From an uncultured Candidatus Rokubacteria bacterium (GTDB taxonomy: Bacteria; Methylomirabilota; Methylomirabilia; Rokubacteriales; DASRDR01), in assembly GCA_963749975.1 (NCBI GenBank), contig CAVVOZ010000014.1, positions 961 to 64,960 of the forward strand: DNA of 64,000 bases. Reading direction: 5' to 3'. Below the pieces are notes generated by a model, which made no database searches, was not told the DNA's origin, and saw nothing but the letters and a program-made list of their open reading frames with translations. Positions 18,144-28,925 of the stretch are shown one piece after another (within the stretch, counting starts at the first letter, position 1; each line of letters begins with the position of its first letter). The position numbers were made by a program, and so were the translations under genes.

Positions 18144-19949
18144 CTACCGCAGCGCGAGATGCTCGACGATTGGTCCGAGCGCTAGCACCGGCAAGTAGCC
18201 GAGGGCGCCGACGACGAGGACGATGACGATCACGAGCCCGGCGAAGAGCACGCTGTCGGTCGGCAGCGTCCCGTCGGTCACCGGCTTGCGCCGCTGCTGG
18301 GCAAATTGGCCGGCGAGCGCGAGGGCCGGAATCCCGAGGCCGAAGCGGCCCAGGATCATCGCCAGCGCTGTGGTGATGTTGTAGAAAGGGGTGTTGGCGC
18401 TCAGGCCGGCGAAGTTCTGCCCATTGTTGGCCATCGAGGTCGTGTACGCCACCAGGATCTCACTCAACCCATGGGGACCGCTGTTCGTCGTGAGGCCCGC
18501 GAGCCCCGCACCGGTGGTCAGCGCCACCGCGGTGAGGGGCAGAACGACGAGGGGTGCGACCACGGCGTAAAGCGCGATGAGCTTCATCTCGCTCACGGTG
18601 AGCTGCTTGCCGAGGTACTCCGGGGTGCGGCCGATCATGAGGCCGGCGGCGAACACGCCGACCAGGGCGATCAGCACGAGGCTGTAGAGGCCCGTGCCAA
18701 GCCCGCCGAAGACCACCTCGCCGAGCAGCATGTTGACGATGGTCACCAGGCCTCCAATCGGCGTGTAGCTGTCGTGCATGGAATTGTAGGAGCCGGTGGC
18801 GCCGTTGGAGGTCGTGACGGCGGCCAGCACGGAGCCGCTGATCCCGAATCGAGTCTCCTTGCCCTCCATGTGTCCCCCGGCCTGCGCCATGTTCTCGGTC
18901 TGGTCGACACCCTGGCGGGCCAGGAAGTGACCGCGCTGCTCGGCGACGTGACACACGATGAGACCGCCGACGAACAAGGTCAGCATGACCCAGAAGAGCA
19001 CCCAGCCCTGCCGGGGCCGCTCGGTCATACGGCCGAAGGTGTAGGTGAGGGAGGCGGGCAGCACCGCGATGGCGAGCATCTCGAGGAGATTCGTTAGGGG
19101 AGTCGGGTTCTCGAACGGGTGAGCCCCGTTCACGTTGAAGAAGCCGCCGCCGTTCGTGCCGAGATTCTTGATCGGCTCGAGCGTGGCGACCGGGCCCATC
19201 GCGATGAGCTGCTCGCCCAGAATGACCTTCTTCGTGGTTGGCTGCCCCTTCTCGTCGAGGACCGGCTTTGCCTCCGCGTTCAGGACGGGCTCGCCGTACT
19301 CCACCGGCTGCACGACGGGGACCTTCACATAGGGCGCGAAATTCAGGGGCACACCCTGCCACACGAGGATCGGAGCGGTCACCAGCGAGAGCGGCAGCAG
19401 GACCCACAGCAACCCGCGCGTCACGTCGACCCAGAAGTTTCCGAGGAGGCTCGTGTGCTGGCGAGCCAGGCCCCGGATGAACGCGATGCCCACCGCAAGA
19501 CCGGCCGCACCGGCCAGGAAGTTCTGCGACGCGAGCCCGAACACCTGGCTGAAGTAGCTCATCGTGGTTTCGCCACCGTACGCCTGCCAGGTCGTGGTGG
19601 TCGCGAAGCTGACCGCGGTGTTCATGGCGAGGTCGGGGGCGACGGGGCCCGGCTGGTACGCGGGGTCGAAGGTGTGAAACACCGGCTGCAACCGCAGCAC
19701 TGCGTAGAGCAGCAGTGTCCCGCCGAAGCCGAACAGGAGAAAGCACCCGGCATAGCGCTTCCAGTCCATCTCCGCCGCCGCATCGACGCCGGCGAGGCGG
19801 TAGATGGCCCGTTCCAGCGGTCGCAGCACCGGGTCGAGCCAGGTCCGCTCGCCGCTGAAGACGCAGGCGAGATAGGCGCCGACCGGCTTGACCAGTAGCG
19901 CGACGATCAGCAGGAACACGCCGTACTGGACGGCGCTCGCCGGGCTCAT
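18144..19949 (-). CDS. kdpA: Second, divergent K+-transporting ATPase subunit A (KdpA2)
   Basis: [38 protein letters not shown]; filter motifs altered. Confidence 0.93.
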   Translation of the reverse strand: MSPASAVQYGVFLLIVALLVKPVGAYLACVFSGERTWLDPVLRPLERAIYRLAGVDAAAEMDWKRYAGCFLLFGFGGTLLLYAVLRLQPVFHTFDPAYQPGPVAPDLAMNTAVSFATTTTWQAYGGETTMSYFSQVFGLASQNFLAGAAGLAVGIAFIRGLARQHTSLLGNFWVDVTRGLLWVLLPLSLVTAPILVWQGVPLNFAPYVKVPVVQPVEYGEPVLNAEAKPVLDEKGQPTTKKVILGEQLIAMGPVATLEPIKNLGTNGGGFFNVNGAHPFENPTPLTNLLEMLAIAVLPASLTYTFGRMTERPRQGWVLFWVMLTLFVGGLIVCHVAEQRGHFLARQGVDQTENMAQAGGHMEGKETRFGISGSVLAAVTTSNGATGSYNSMHDSYTPIGGLVTIVNMLLGEVVFGGLGTGLYSLVLIALVGVFAAGLMIGRTPEYLGKQLTVSEMKLIALYAVVAPLVVLPLTAVALTTGAGLAGLTTNSGPHGLSEILVAYTTSMANNGQNFAGLSANTPFYNITTALAMILGRFGLGIPALALAGQFAQQRRKPVTDGTLPTDSVLFAGLVIVIVLVVGALGYLPVLALGPIVEHLALR

Positions 19950-19972
19950 GGCCTGTCCGCTGGACGATCCGT

Positions 19973-20956
19973 CTACGAGGCTCGGGACTTGATGGTCGCC
20001 GTCCGTCGCGCGGGCCCGGGACCTCCCGATCGGGGGCCCGGCTGACGGCGGCGATCAGCCCACGCCGACCAGTCCACGTCCAGGGCTGCCGCCACGTAGA
20101 CCGTCGAAGTGGTGCCCGTCACGGCGCCCACCAGAATCACGAAGCCGAAGTTCTCCAGAGACTCACCGCCGAACAAGAACAGCATCCCCGCCGACATGAC
20201 TATGGTCGCGACGGTCAGCACCGTTCGAGATAGGGTCTGATTGACCGCAAGATTCACCTGCTCGGCGAAGGTGACCCTCGTGGGTAGTTTACCGGCCCGG
20301 ATCTCCCGCAGCCGGTCGTACATCACGATCCGGTCATTCACGGAGAACCCGATCACTGTCAGCAGGGCGGCCAGGACCGTCAGGGAGAACTCTCGGTTCG
20401 TCAGGGAGAGCGCCCCCAGGCAGATGAGCACGTCGTGCCCCAAGCTCACGATCGTCACCACCCCGCCTCTGAGGTCGAAGCGCATCCAAACGTAGAGGAG
20501 GATCCCACCGAGCGCGGCGAGCACCGCGTAGACGGCTTGCCTGCGTAGCTCCGATCCGATCTGGGGCCCGACCGACTCCACACGCCGAATCTCCGGCGCG
20601 GTTGCCCCGTCGGAGCCCAGCGCGTTGACTATCCGGCGACTGAGCTCGGCGGTGTCGGTCGAGCTGAGGTGAGTGCGGATGAGGACGTCTCGCGGATCGT
20701 CGAAGACCTGGATGATGCTTTCGCCGAGCCCTACCGCGGTCAGGCGCGAGCGGATCGCCGCGACCGGAGCGGGCTGGGCCAGTCGCAGCTCCACCAGCGT
20801 CCCGCCGGTGAAGTCGATGTCGTATTGCAGTCCTCCTTTGACGATCATTGAGCCGACCCCGAGCAGCATGACGGCGATGGACAAGGCATAGGCCCAGCGC
20901 CGCTTTCCGATGAAGTCGTAGGCTGGGTTCGTGAATATCGTCAGCACGCCGCTCAC
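19973..20956 (-). CDS. secF: Protein translocase subunit SecF homolog (no secD in window)
   Basis: YDFIGKRR, IDFTGG, VESVGPQIGSEL, HDV, FSVNDRIVMYDRLRE, QTLSRT. Confidence 0.9.
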   Translation of the reverse strand: MSGVLTIFTNPAYDFIGKRRWAYALSIAVMLLGVGSMIVKGGLQYDIDFTGGTLVELRLAQPAPVAAIRSRLTAVGLGESIIQVFDDPRDVLIRTHLSSTDTAELSRRIVNALGSDGATAPEIRRVESVGPQIGSELRRQAVYAVLAALGGILLYVWMRFDLRGGVVTIVSLGHDVLICLGALSLTNREFSLTVLAALLTVIGFSVNDRIVMYDRLREIRAGKLPTRVTFAEQVNLAVNQTLSRTVLTVATIVMSAGMLFLFGGESLENFGFVILVGAVTGTTSTVYVAAALDVDWSAWADRRRQPGPRSGGPGPARRTATIKSRAS

Positions 20957-21142
20957 CTCCGGCTCAAGAGCAGGTCAAGAAGTGAACCTGTGTGTCCCGG
21001 CGATAGGGTTTGCCTACCGACGACTTCTGGTTCCCCGGGCTCGCTTGCCGGCATGCCTCGTGCGCGCGCGTCGTCACCCCGGACTGCCGACCCGCGCGGC
21101 ATGGAATGGGACAAGGGCGTCGCGCTTCGGGTCGGGGTTAGC

Positions 21143-21982
21143 TCACGCCCCAACAAACACGGGCACCGGGCTCTCCTTGAGGACCGCCCGCGTCACCGAG
21201 GTGAAGAAAAGATCGCGGACGGGATGATATCCCTGGGCGCCCATCACGATCAGACGGGGCCGCTGGCGACGGACCTCATCCAGGATGAGTGCGGCCGGCG
21301 CGGCCTTGGACGCCAGCGGCTGGAGAGCGACGCGCAGGCCGTGAGCGGTGAGGAACTTGCCCGCCGGGTGGAGCCGCGCCTCGGCCCGAGCCAGGTCATG
21401 GTCGATGGCCAGAAGGCAGACGGGCTCGTCGCCAGCCAGACCGAGAAGCGCGAACGTCTGGAGCGTGCGCGCGACTTCCCGACCGCTCCCGTATGCGACC
21501 AGCACACCGCTGCCGGCGGCCGGCTCGCGGGGTACGACCACCACCGGGCGCGGGCTTTCGCGGAGCACCTTGCTGAGGGTCGCATCGGGCTGGTCCTGCG
21601 TCTCGAACTGGAAGTGGGTCTCCCGGCCAAGCACAACCACATCACATCCGAATGCTTCGGAGACGATCTGGTCGTGCGGTGCGCCGATGTCTTCCACCAC
21701 GGAGCACTGCACCCGCGCCGTGTTGCAGCGCTCGTGGAACGCGGTGAGGAGCTGGAGGACCTGCCGGTGCGCGTCCGCCAACCGGATTTCGTCGCGCTGG
21801 CGTTTGAACGCCGTGCCCCCGAATGACACGGGCTCGGGGCTCGTGATGGACGGCTTGTCGAGGATGCCGAGCCCGATCAGCTCGGCGTCGAAGCGACGGG
21901 CCCACTCGATGGCGAGCGTAGCCGCCGCCGCGCCGTGAGCGGAGCCGTCCATGGCGACCAGTGCCCGGCGGATCATCGTCAT
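21143..21982 (-). CDS. Tandem universal stress protein
   Basis: [42 protein letters not shown]; ATGA overlap with kdpC. Confidence 0.92.
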   Translation of the reverse strand: MTMIRRALVAMDGSAHGAAAATLAIEWARRFDAELIGLGILDKPSITSPEPVSFGGTAFKRQRDEIRLADAHRQVLQLLTAFHERCNTARVQCSVVEDIGAPHDQIVSEAFGCDVVVLGRETHFQFETQDQPDATLSKVLRESPRPVVVVPREPAAGSGVLVAYGSGREVARTLQTFALLGLAGDEPVCLLAIDHDLARAEARLHPAGKFLTAHGLRVALQPLASKAAPAALILDEVRRQRPRLIVMGAQGYHPVRDLFFTSVTRAVLKESPVPVFVGA

Positions 21983-22554
21983 CCCCGCGCGGCGGCGTCG
22001 AGCGCGAGATTCAGCCGCAGCACGTTGACTCGAGGCTCCCCGAGGATCCCCAGCTGCCGGCCCTCGATGTGCTGCTCCACCAAGCGGCGCACCTGCGCCG
22101 GATCCATCCCGCGCGCCTTGGCCACCCGCGGCACCTGATAGAGCGCGGCGGCCGGGCTAATGTCCGGGTCGAGCCCGCTCCCCGACGCGGTCACCAGGTC
22201 GACGGGGATCAGCGTCGTGTTGCCGGGATCTGCCTCGCGCAGGGCGTCGATCCGCGCCTTCGCGGCGGCATGGAACGCCGGATTGATGGGGCCGAGGTTG
22301 GAGCCGGACGAGGCACCCGCATTGTAGGCGAATGGCGCCGTGGCGGAGAGGCGACCCCAGAAGTACTTCGGATCGTCGAAGGGTTGCCCGATGAGCGCGG
22401 AACCCACCGGCTTCCCATCGCGCAGGATCAGGCTGCCGTTGGCTTGCGCGGGGAAGATGATCTTGGCGACGCCGGTCACGACGAGCGGATATACCACGCC
22501 CGTGACCAGGCTGAGCAGGACCAGGACGATGATGGCGGGCTTGAGCTGATCCAT
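21979..22554 (-). CDS. kdpC: K+-transporting ATPase subunit C
   Basis: [46 protein letters not shown]. Confidence 0.97.
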   Translation of the reverse strand: MDQLKPAIIVLVLLSLVTGVVYPLVVTGVAKIIFPAQANGSLILRDGKPVGSALIGQPFDDPKYFWGRLSATAPFAYNAGASSGSNLGPINPAFHAAAKARIDALREADPGNTTLIPVDLVTASGSGLDPDISPAAALYQVPRVAKARGMDPAQVRRLVEQHIEGRQLGILGEPRVNVLRLNLALDAAARG

Positions 22555-22580
22555 GTTCGAGGGCTCCTCCGTCTGATCCG

Positions 22581-24653
22581 CTACGCCCAGCCGAGGGCGA
22601 CCAGGATCAGGTCGATGAGCTTGATGCCGAGGAAGGGCAGGATGATCCCGCCGACGCCGTAGACCCAGAGGAACCGGCGGAGCACCGCGGACGCCCCCAT
22701 GGGTCGGTAGCGCACGCCCCGGAGCGCCAGGGGGACGAGGGCGATGATGATCAGCGCGTTGAAGATGACAGCGGAGAGGATCGCGCTCTGGGGCGTGGCC
22801 AGCCCCATGACGTTGAGGGTGTTCAGCACGGGATAGGTGGTCGCGAACGCCGCCGGGATGATCGCGAAGTACTTCGCGACGTCATTGGCGATGCTGAACG
22901 TCGTGAGCGCCCCCCGGGTCATCAGCATCTGCTTGCCGGTCTCCACGACCTCGATGAGCTTGGTGGGGTTCGAGTCGAGGTCGACCATGTTCCCGGCTTC
23001 CTTGGCGGCCTGGGTGCCCGAGTTCATGGCCACCGCCACGTCGGCCTGGGCGAGGGCGGGCGCGTCATTCGTGCCATCGCCCGTCATGGCGACGAGCCGG
23101 CCCCCGGCCTGGAGCTCGCGGATCAGCTTGAGCTTGGCCTCCGGGGTCGCCTGCGCCAGAAAGTCGTCGACACCAGCCTCGGCCGCGATCGCGGCCGCGG
23201 TGAGCGGATTGTCGCCGGTGATCATGATGGTCTTGATGCCCATGCGGCGCAGCTCACCGAAACGCTCCCGGATCCCGCCCTTGACGATGTCCTTGAGCTC
23301 GACCACCCCGAGCACCCGGGGGCCGTCGGCCACGACGAGGGGCGTGGCGCCCCGCTTCGCGACGCCGTCGACGGCGGTACGCACCGGCGCGGGGAACTCC
23401 CCGCCGAGTGCGCGGACGTGTGCTTCGATGGCGTCGGCCGCACCCTTGCGTACCTGGCGGCCGTTGAGGTTGACGCCGCTCATCCGCGTCTGGGCGGTGA
23501 AGGGCACGAAGGTCGCGCCCAGCCCCTGGACGTCTCGCTCCCGGATCCCGTACTTCTCCTTGGCCAGAACGACGATGCTGCGCCCCTCCGGCGTCTCGTC
23601 GGCCAGCGACGCAAGCTGGGCCGTGTCAGCGAGGTCGCGCTCGGCCACTCCCGAGGTGGGGACGAACGCCGTGGCCTGTCGATTCCCGAGGGTGATCGTT
23701 CCCGTCTTGTCGAGCAGCAGCACGTCCACGTCACCTGCCGCCTCGACCGCGCGGCCGGACATGGCAATGACGTTGGCCTGCGCCATCCGGTCCATACCCG
23801 CGATCCCGATGGCCGACAGTAACCCGCCGATGGTCGTCGGGATGAGGCACACCAGGAGGGCGACCAAGACGGTCACGGTCACGGGCGTCCCCTGACCCGC
23901 GACCGTCACGCTGTAGATGGAATACGGCAGCAGGGTGGCGGTGGCGAGCAGGAAGATGATGGTGAACCCCGCCAGCAGGATGTTGAGCGCGATCTCGTTC
24001 GGTGTCTTCTGGCGCTTCGCGCCCTCCACCATGGCGATCATGCGATCGAGGAAGGCCTCGCCGGGGTTCGCGCTGATCCGCACCATCAACCAGTCTGACA
24101 GGACCCGCGTGCCGCCCGTGACCGCGCTCCGGTCGCCGCCGCTCTCCCGGATCACGGGCGCGCTCTCGCCGGTGATCGCGCTCTCGTCGACCGACGCGAC
24201 GCCTTCGATGACCTCGCCGTCGCCGGGGATCACGTCGCCGGTCTCCACCAGAACGACGTCCCCCTTCCGCAGGGCGCTCGCCGTGACGGCCACGACGCCG
24301 GCTCCCCGCTCTGGCTTCAGGAGCTTCTTCGCCTGGACGTCGCGGCGAGTTCGGCGCAGAGCCTCCGCCTGGGCCTTCCCCCGTCCCTCGGCCATCGCCT
24401 CGGCGAAGTTGGCGAACAGGACCGTGAACCAGAGCCACACGCTCACCCAGAAGATGAAGCCGGCGGGGGCCTCACCCTTTCCGACGAGGGCCTGGATGAA
24501 CAGCCCCGAGGTCAGGATGCTCCCGACGTAGACCACGAACATCACGGGATTGCGGACCTGGACTCCGGGGGTGAGCTTCCGGAAGGAATCGACCACGGCC
24601 CTCCAGACGATGGGACCCTCGAAGAGGGGGCGCGACTTCGCGTACGTTGGCAT
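22581..24653 (-). CDS. kdpB: K+-transporting ATPase subunit B
   Basis: [36 protein letters not shown]. Confidence 0.98.
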   Translation of the reverse strand: MPTYAKSRPLFEGPIVWRAVVDSFRKLTPGVQVRNPVMFVVYVGSILTSGLFIQALVGKGEAPAGFIFWVSVWLWFTVLFANFAEAMAEGRGKAQAEALRRTRRDVQAKKLLKPERGAGVVAVTASALRKGDVVLVETGDVIPGDGEVIEGVASVDESAITGESAPVIRESGGDRSAVTGGTRVLSDWLMVRISANPGEAFLDRMIAMVEGAKRQKTPNEIALNILLAGFTIIFLLATATLLPYSIYSVTVAGQGTPVTVTVLVALLVCLIPTTIGGLLSAIGIAGMDRMAQANVIAMSGRAVEAAGDVDVLLLDKTGTITLGNRQATAFVPTSGVAERDLADTAQLASLADETPEGRSIVVLAKEKYGIRERDVQGLGATFVPFTAQTRMSGVNLNGRQVRKGAADAIEAHVRALGGEFPAPVRTAVDGVAKRGATPLVVADGPRVLGVVELKDIVKGGIRERFGELRRMGIKTIMITGDNPLTAAAIAAEAGVDDFLAQATPEAKLKLIRELQAGGRLVAMTGDGTNDAPALAQADVAVAMNSGTQAAKEAGNMVDLDSNPTKLIEVVETGKQMLMTRGALTTFSIANDVAKYFAIIPAAFATTYPVLNTLNVMGLATPQSAILSAVIFNALIIIALVPLALRGVRYRPMGASAVLRRFLWVYGVGGIILPFLGIKLIDLILVALGWA

Positions 24654-24667
24654 GTTGATGCCTCTCT

Positions 24668-26473
24668 TTACTTGACGGACGTCATCATGAGGTGCTCGAC
24701 GATCGGTCCCAGCGCGAGCGCGGGGATGAACGTCAGCGCCCCGACGAGCACGACCACGCCGATGAGGAGCGCGGCGAAGAGCGGCGTGTGAGTGGGCAAG
24801 GTACCTGGGCCGGCCGGCACGACCTTCTTGCGCGCCAGCGAGCCCGCGATCGCGAGCGTCGGGATGGCTAGCCAGTACCGCGCGAAAAGCATCGCGAACC
24901 CGAGCGCGGTGTTGTAGAAGGGCGTGTTCGCGCCGAGCCCGGCGAAGGCGCTGCCGTTGTTGTTGCTGGCCGAGGAGAACGCATAGAGGACCTCGCTGAA
25001 GCCATGGGCGCCGGGGTTGAAGATCGTCGCCGTCCCGCCCGGGCTCACGACGGCGATCGCGGTGCAGATCGTGACGAGGGCCGGCGGGATCAGGATGACA
25101 AGCGCCGCCATCTTCATCTCATAGGCCTCGATCTTCTTGCCGAGGTACTCCGGCGTCCGCCCGACCATCAGCCCAGCCACGAAGACCGCGATGATGGCGA
25201 AGACCAGCATGCCGTAGAGGCCGGAGCCGACTCCGCCGTAGACGACCTCGCCGAGCTGCATGAGCCACATGGGCACGAGCCCGCCGAGCGGGGTGAAGGA
25301 ATCGTGCATGGAGTTCACGGAGCCATTGGAGGCCGAGGTCGTCGCCGTGGCCCACAGGGCGGAGTTGGCGATCCCGTACCGTACCTCCTTGCCCTCCATG
25401 TTCCCGCCCGCCTGGAGGGCGCTCGCCTGGTGATCGACCCCGAGCCACGCGAGCGTGTTGCCGCGCTGCTCGGCCACCACGCACACGGCGAGCAGGACGA
25501 CGAAGATGACCGTCATCGCCGCCAGGACCGCCCAGCCCTGGCGGGTGTCCCCGACCATGGCGCCGAACGTGTAGCAGAGGGCGGCCGAGATCACGAGGAT
25601 TGCGAGCACCTCGAAGAAGTTGGACAGTGGCGTCGCGTTCTCGAACGGGTGCGCCGAGTTCACGTTGAAGAATCCGCCGCCATTGGTGCCGAGCTGCTTG
25701 ATGGCGACCTGGGACGCCGCGGGCCCAACGGCCAGGACCTGCTCGCTCAGGGTCGCCTTCGTCATCTTCGGCTGACCCTTCTCGTCGAGGACCGGCTTGC
25801 CGTCCTTGTCGGTCTCCGGCACGTCGTACTGAGTGGGCTGGACGACCGCGACCTTCGCGTATGCGCCGAAGGTCTGGACGACGCCCTGAGAGACGAGGAC
25901 GAGCGCGAGCACGAACGAGAGGGGCAGCATGATGTAGAGCGTCGTCCGCGTGAGATCGACCCAGAAGTTGCCGATCGTCTCGGCGGAGCGCCGCGCGAGC
26001 CCGCGGACGAAGGCCGCCAGCGTGGCCATCCCAGCGGCGGCCGAGACGAAGTTCTGCACGGTCAGCCCCAGCATCTGGGTCAGGTAGCTCATGGTCGTCT
26101 CGCCACCGTAGCCCTGCCAGTTCGTGTTGGTGCCGAAGCTGACAGCGGTGTTGAACGACGAATCGGGCGACACGGCACCGAGTCCCTCCGGGTTCAGGGG
26201 CAGGACGCCCTGGAGCCGCTGGAGCGCGTAGACGACCAGGATGCCCACGAAGTTGAACAGGAGCATAGCGATCGCATACGCCTTCCAGCCTTGCTCGGCG
26301 TCGGGCCGGATGCCGGCGACCCGGTAGATCAATCGCTCGAGCCATCCGAGCGCTCGGTCGAGGCCGATCCGCTGGCCCTGGTAGACGCGGGCCATGTAGG
26401 CGCCGAGTGGCTTCGCTAACAGGAGGAGGACGACGACATAGAGCACGAGCTGGAAGACGCCGCTCCCGGTCAC
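24668..26473 (-). CDS. kdpA: K+-transporting ATPase subunit A (canonical)
   Basis: TNTNWQ, TNGGG, SNGSV, NNGSA filter motifs. Confidence 0.98.
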   Translation of the reverse strand: MTGSGVFQLVLYVVVLLLLAKPLGAYMARVYQGQRIGLDRALGWLERLIYRVAGIRPDAEQGWKAYAIAMLLFNFVGILVVYALQRLQGVLPLNPEGLGAVSPDSSFNTAVSFGTNTNWQGYGGETTMSYLTQMLGLTVQNFVSAAAGMATLAAFVRGLARRSAETIGNFWVDLTRTTLYIMLPLSFVLALVLVSQGVVQTFGAYAKVAVVQPTQYDVPETDKDGKPVLDEKGQPKMTKATLSEQVLAVGPAASQVAIKQLGTNGGGFFNVNSAHPFENATPLSNFFEVLAILVISAALCYTFGAMVGDTRQGWAVLAAMTVIFVVLLAVCVVAEQRGNTLAWLGVDHQASALQAGGNMEGKEVRYGIANSALWATATTSASNGSVNSMHDSFTPLGGLVPMWLMQLGEVVYGGVGSGLYGMLVFAIIAVFVAGLMVGRTPEYLGKKIEAYEMKMAALVILIPPALVTICTAIAVVSPGGTATIFNPGAHGFSEVLYAFSSASNNNGSAFAGLGANTPFYNTALGFAMLFARYWLAIPTLAIAGSLARKKVVPAGPGTLPTHTPLFAALLIGVVVLVGALTFIPALALGPIVEHLMMTSVK

Positions 26474-26562
26474 GAGAACACCTCCGGCTTCAGCATCGCC
26501 ACGACGAGGTAGACGAGCAGGCCGATCGACACGAGCCCGCCAATCACGTAGAGAATGGGCAT
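26470..26562 (-). CDS. kdpF: K+-transporting ATPase subunit F
   Basis: [30 protein letters not shown]; RBS GGAGG; GTGA overlap with kdpA. Confidence 0.93.
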   Translation of the reverse strand: MPILYVIGGLVSIGLLVYLVVAMLKPEVFS

Positions 26563-26574
26563 GTCAGCCTCCCG

Positions 26575-26658
26575 CTATAGGCGGTCGCAGAGCACAACCA
26601 GGCCCCAGGACAGGGCCAGAAATCCGAGAGTGAGCCCGATGTAGAGAACGTCTTGCAC
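26575..26658 (-). CDS. 27-aa single-TM peptide upstream of kdpF (KdpG/KdpZ-like)
   Basis: GTG start with AGGAGG 6 nt upstream; MQDVLYIGLTLGFLALSWGLVVLCDRL. Confidence 0.75.
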   Translation of the reverse strand: MQDVLYIGLTLGFLALSWGLVVLCDRL

Positions 26659-26895
26659 GTCATGCCTCCTTCGGCACGGGCGTGAATGCACGCGGCAGGC
26701 AGGTGGAGTGACCGGTTCGAGAACCGCAAGGGCGGTGCCACTCGGTCGACCGATCAGCAACGGTAGCCATGTCGAGCGCATAGCAACGTGAACGCCCCGG
26801 GGTGGGCCGCTTCTGTGGGGCGCTGGCACCCCAGACCAGGACGGGCGTTGCGACAGTCGTCATGTGAATACACCGGAGGGTCATCGTAGCCCGGC

Positions 26896-27909
26896 TCAGT
26901 ACGTGAAGACCAGTCCGAGGGTGCCAATTACCTGGGTCCGGTCCCCGTTATTGATGGCCGTCAGGTTGTCGTCGAGGTAGAGCACCTGGACGCCGCCCTT
27001 GACCAGCCACTTGCCGAACGCCGGCGGGATGAAGGCGAGCGGCACGGAGACACTGACCCCGCCCGAGAAGTAGCCGAAGGTCTCGTCCGAGCCGGTGTTG
27101 AACTCGTAGTAGTCGCTGAGGCTCAGGCCGACCGCGAGGGGGACGGAGACGGCCACCGGGTAGGCGGACTCGGCGAAGAAGGTGTAGCCGGGGGCGATGC
27201 CGATCTGGGCGTAGACGCCCTTCTGGCTGCCGGCGTCGGCCTGACCGTCGAGCTCGAAGGCGACGAGGAAGCTCGGGTTCAGGGCGAAGGGTCCGAGGAG
27301 CTTCGCGTCGTTGTACGACACCCCCAGTGCCAGCTCCTGAACGGTGCCGAACGCGTTATTGGGGCTGGTGTAGGCGGTGTAGAGCGCGTACGTCGTGAGG
27401 TCGTCCCAGAGGACGGCGGAGAGCCGGACGTAGCCGTCGAACTCGTACCAGATCTTGGGATCCGAGGCCGTCGGGCTGTCGGAGCCGGTGGGCCCCGTCT
27501 GCAGGCTGTTCCAGATCCCGCCCGTCAGCGAGAGCGACGTCAAGGCGCCGGCCTGGTCGACGAGCTTGAGGGAGACCTCGCCGTAGGGCTGAAGGATGAG
27601 GTCCTCGGTTTCCTGCTTGATGCCCCGGAAGAAGTAGGCGGAGGTCCAGTCCATCCCCGCGTTGATGGAGACGCGGCCGGTATTCGGGCCCTTGGTCTCC
27701 TCAGCCGGCTTCGCCTCTGAGACCGGCTTCGTCTCCGCCGCCGGGGTGGCGGGGGGCGTTGCGGCTGGGGTCGTCTGGGCGAAGACGGGCGCGGCGGCCA
27801 GCACGACGCTCAGCGCCAGGGTTGCGGAGGCCACCCGCCAGTTTCTCAGTGGCTGGCCGAGTCCGAGCCTCCTCGAGTGAATCCCTTCTTCCGATTCGCG
27901 TGTTGCCAT
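26896..27909 (-). CDS. Putative outer-membrane beta-barrel (TorF/TIGR02001-like porin)
   Basis: Signal peptide, Pro/Ala linker, TSAYFFRG, YEFD, alternating beta-strand pattern, C-terminal LGLVFTY. Confidence 0.75.
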   Translation of the reverse strand: MATRESEEGIHSRRLGLGQPLRNWRVASATLALSVVLAAAPVFAQTTPAATPPATPAAETKPVSEAKPAEETKGPNTGRVSINAGMDWTSAYFFRGIKQETEDLILQPYGEVSLKLVDQAGALTSLSLTGGIWNSLQTGPTGSDSPTASDPKIWYEFDGYVRLSAVLWDDLTTYALYTAYTSPNNAFGTVQELALGVSYNDAKLLGPFALNPSFLVAFELDGQADAGSQKGVYAQIGIAPGYTFFAESAYPVAVSVPLAVGLSLSDYYEFNTGSDETFGYFSGGVSVSVPLAFIPPAFGKWLVKGGVQVLYLDDNLTAINNGDRTQVIGTLGLVFTY

Positions 27910-27953
27910 GGCGCTTCTCTCCTTGCCGTCGTCAAACTGGTGCGCTGCCCGAA

Positions 27954-28727
27954 TCACAGGACGTGGACCTCGCCGTCGCTCAGGACCCGTACTCGACTGT
28001 CGAGTCGGGTGAGCTCGTCCACGGTCTCGTCGTAGAACATGGGCTTGATGTGGTAGACCCACACGGGGCACGGGGGCATCTTGTCGAGCTCCCAGGCCAG
28101 GCCGCTCGGGGTCAGGTGGCCGGAGATCTCGGCGAGCGCGTCCAAGCGATTCGGAAAGGACGTCTCCACGATGATCGTGCGCACGTTGCCCAGTTCGCGC
28201 GCGACCGCCCACAGGCGGTCCGTCGGCCCCGTGTCCCCCGAAAAGACGAGGGCTCCTGCTCCGTCGTGCACGATGAAGCCTGCCGTCGGCACCGTGTGAT
28301 GGACCGGGATGGGGATGACCGTGAGATGGTCGCCGATCGGCTGCGACACGCCGGGCTGGAGCGCCTGAAGGCGGACTACCGGGTTTCGCGCCGTCGGAAT
28401 GGCCGAGAAGTCCGGCCAAAGCCGGTCATTGAAGACGCAGTCGTGCAGGTCCTCCACGACGGGAGCAATCGAAGAGACGGTGAGGGCCTGGTCGTTCCCC
28501 GAGCTGGCCCGGTCGCAGCAGCGGTTGTCGGCGAGGTACGCCAGCCCGCCCGTGTGGTCGAGATGGGTATGGGACAGGAGCACATGCCGGATCTCCAGCT
28601 GCTCGCCGAGCTCGAGGGTCGATGTGACCGACCCCGCCTCGAGGAGGACCGTACCGTCGAGCAAGAGACCGGGAAGGTGCCGCTTCGGCGCGGACCCGCC
28701 CTGACAGCCGAGTACCCTGAGCTCCAT
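27954..28727 (-). CDS. MBL-fold class II 3',5'-cyclic-nucleotide phosphodiesterase-like protein
   Basis: LRVLGCQGG, SHTHLDH, FNDRLWPDF, HTVP, FSGDTGP, ETSFPN, GHLTP, YHIKP. Confidence 0.88.
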   Translation of the reverse strand: MELRVLGCQGGSAPKRHLPGLLLDGTVLLEAGSVTSTLELGEQLEIRHVLLSHTHLDHTGGLAYLADNRCCDRASSGNDQALTVSSIAPVVEDLHDCVFNDRLWPDFSAIPTARNPVVRLQALQPGVSQPIGDHLTVIPIPVHHTVPTAGFIVHDGAGALVFSGDTGPTDRLWAVARELGNVRTIIVETSFPNRLDALAEISGHLTPSGLAWELDKMPPCPVWVYHIKPMFYDETVDELTRLDSRVRVLSDGEVHVL

Positions 28728-28784
28728 GACGAGAACCATAGCGAGGGAAGGCGTCAAGGCGCGCTAGAGACTGGCCCCGGAAGG

Positions 28785-28802
28785 ATCAAGGATCCGTATA
28801 AA
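28785..28802 (-). promoter_or_regulatory. Putative KdpE box upstream of the PDE-porin-kdpFABC unit
   Basis: TTTATACGGATCCTTGAT; TATAC/TTGAT half-sites 11 bp apart. Confidence 0.55.
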
Positions 28803-28925
28803 GGGGGCGTTCAGTCAGGCGGGAGCGGGGAGGGGAGCGGGTCGCCGGAGGCCGGAGGCGGAGCGCGCGTTGATGCAGGCCCCCTGGCGGCTCCGGCCCG
28901 GGGGGCCCCGGGGTGAAAGTGACGG

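Noticed and set aside
20957-21142. c-di-GMP-I riboswitch before secF (GGCAAACC...GGGAC)
   Set aside because: No GNRA-capped P2, and no GCAAAGC/P3 elements.
26660-26895. c-di-AMP (ydaO) riboswitch upstream of kdp
   Set aside because: The conserved GCUGAAUCC / CCCGUCAGCU elements are not visible here or upstream of the KimA-like gene. An Infernal search with RF00379 would settle it.
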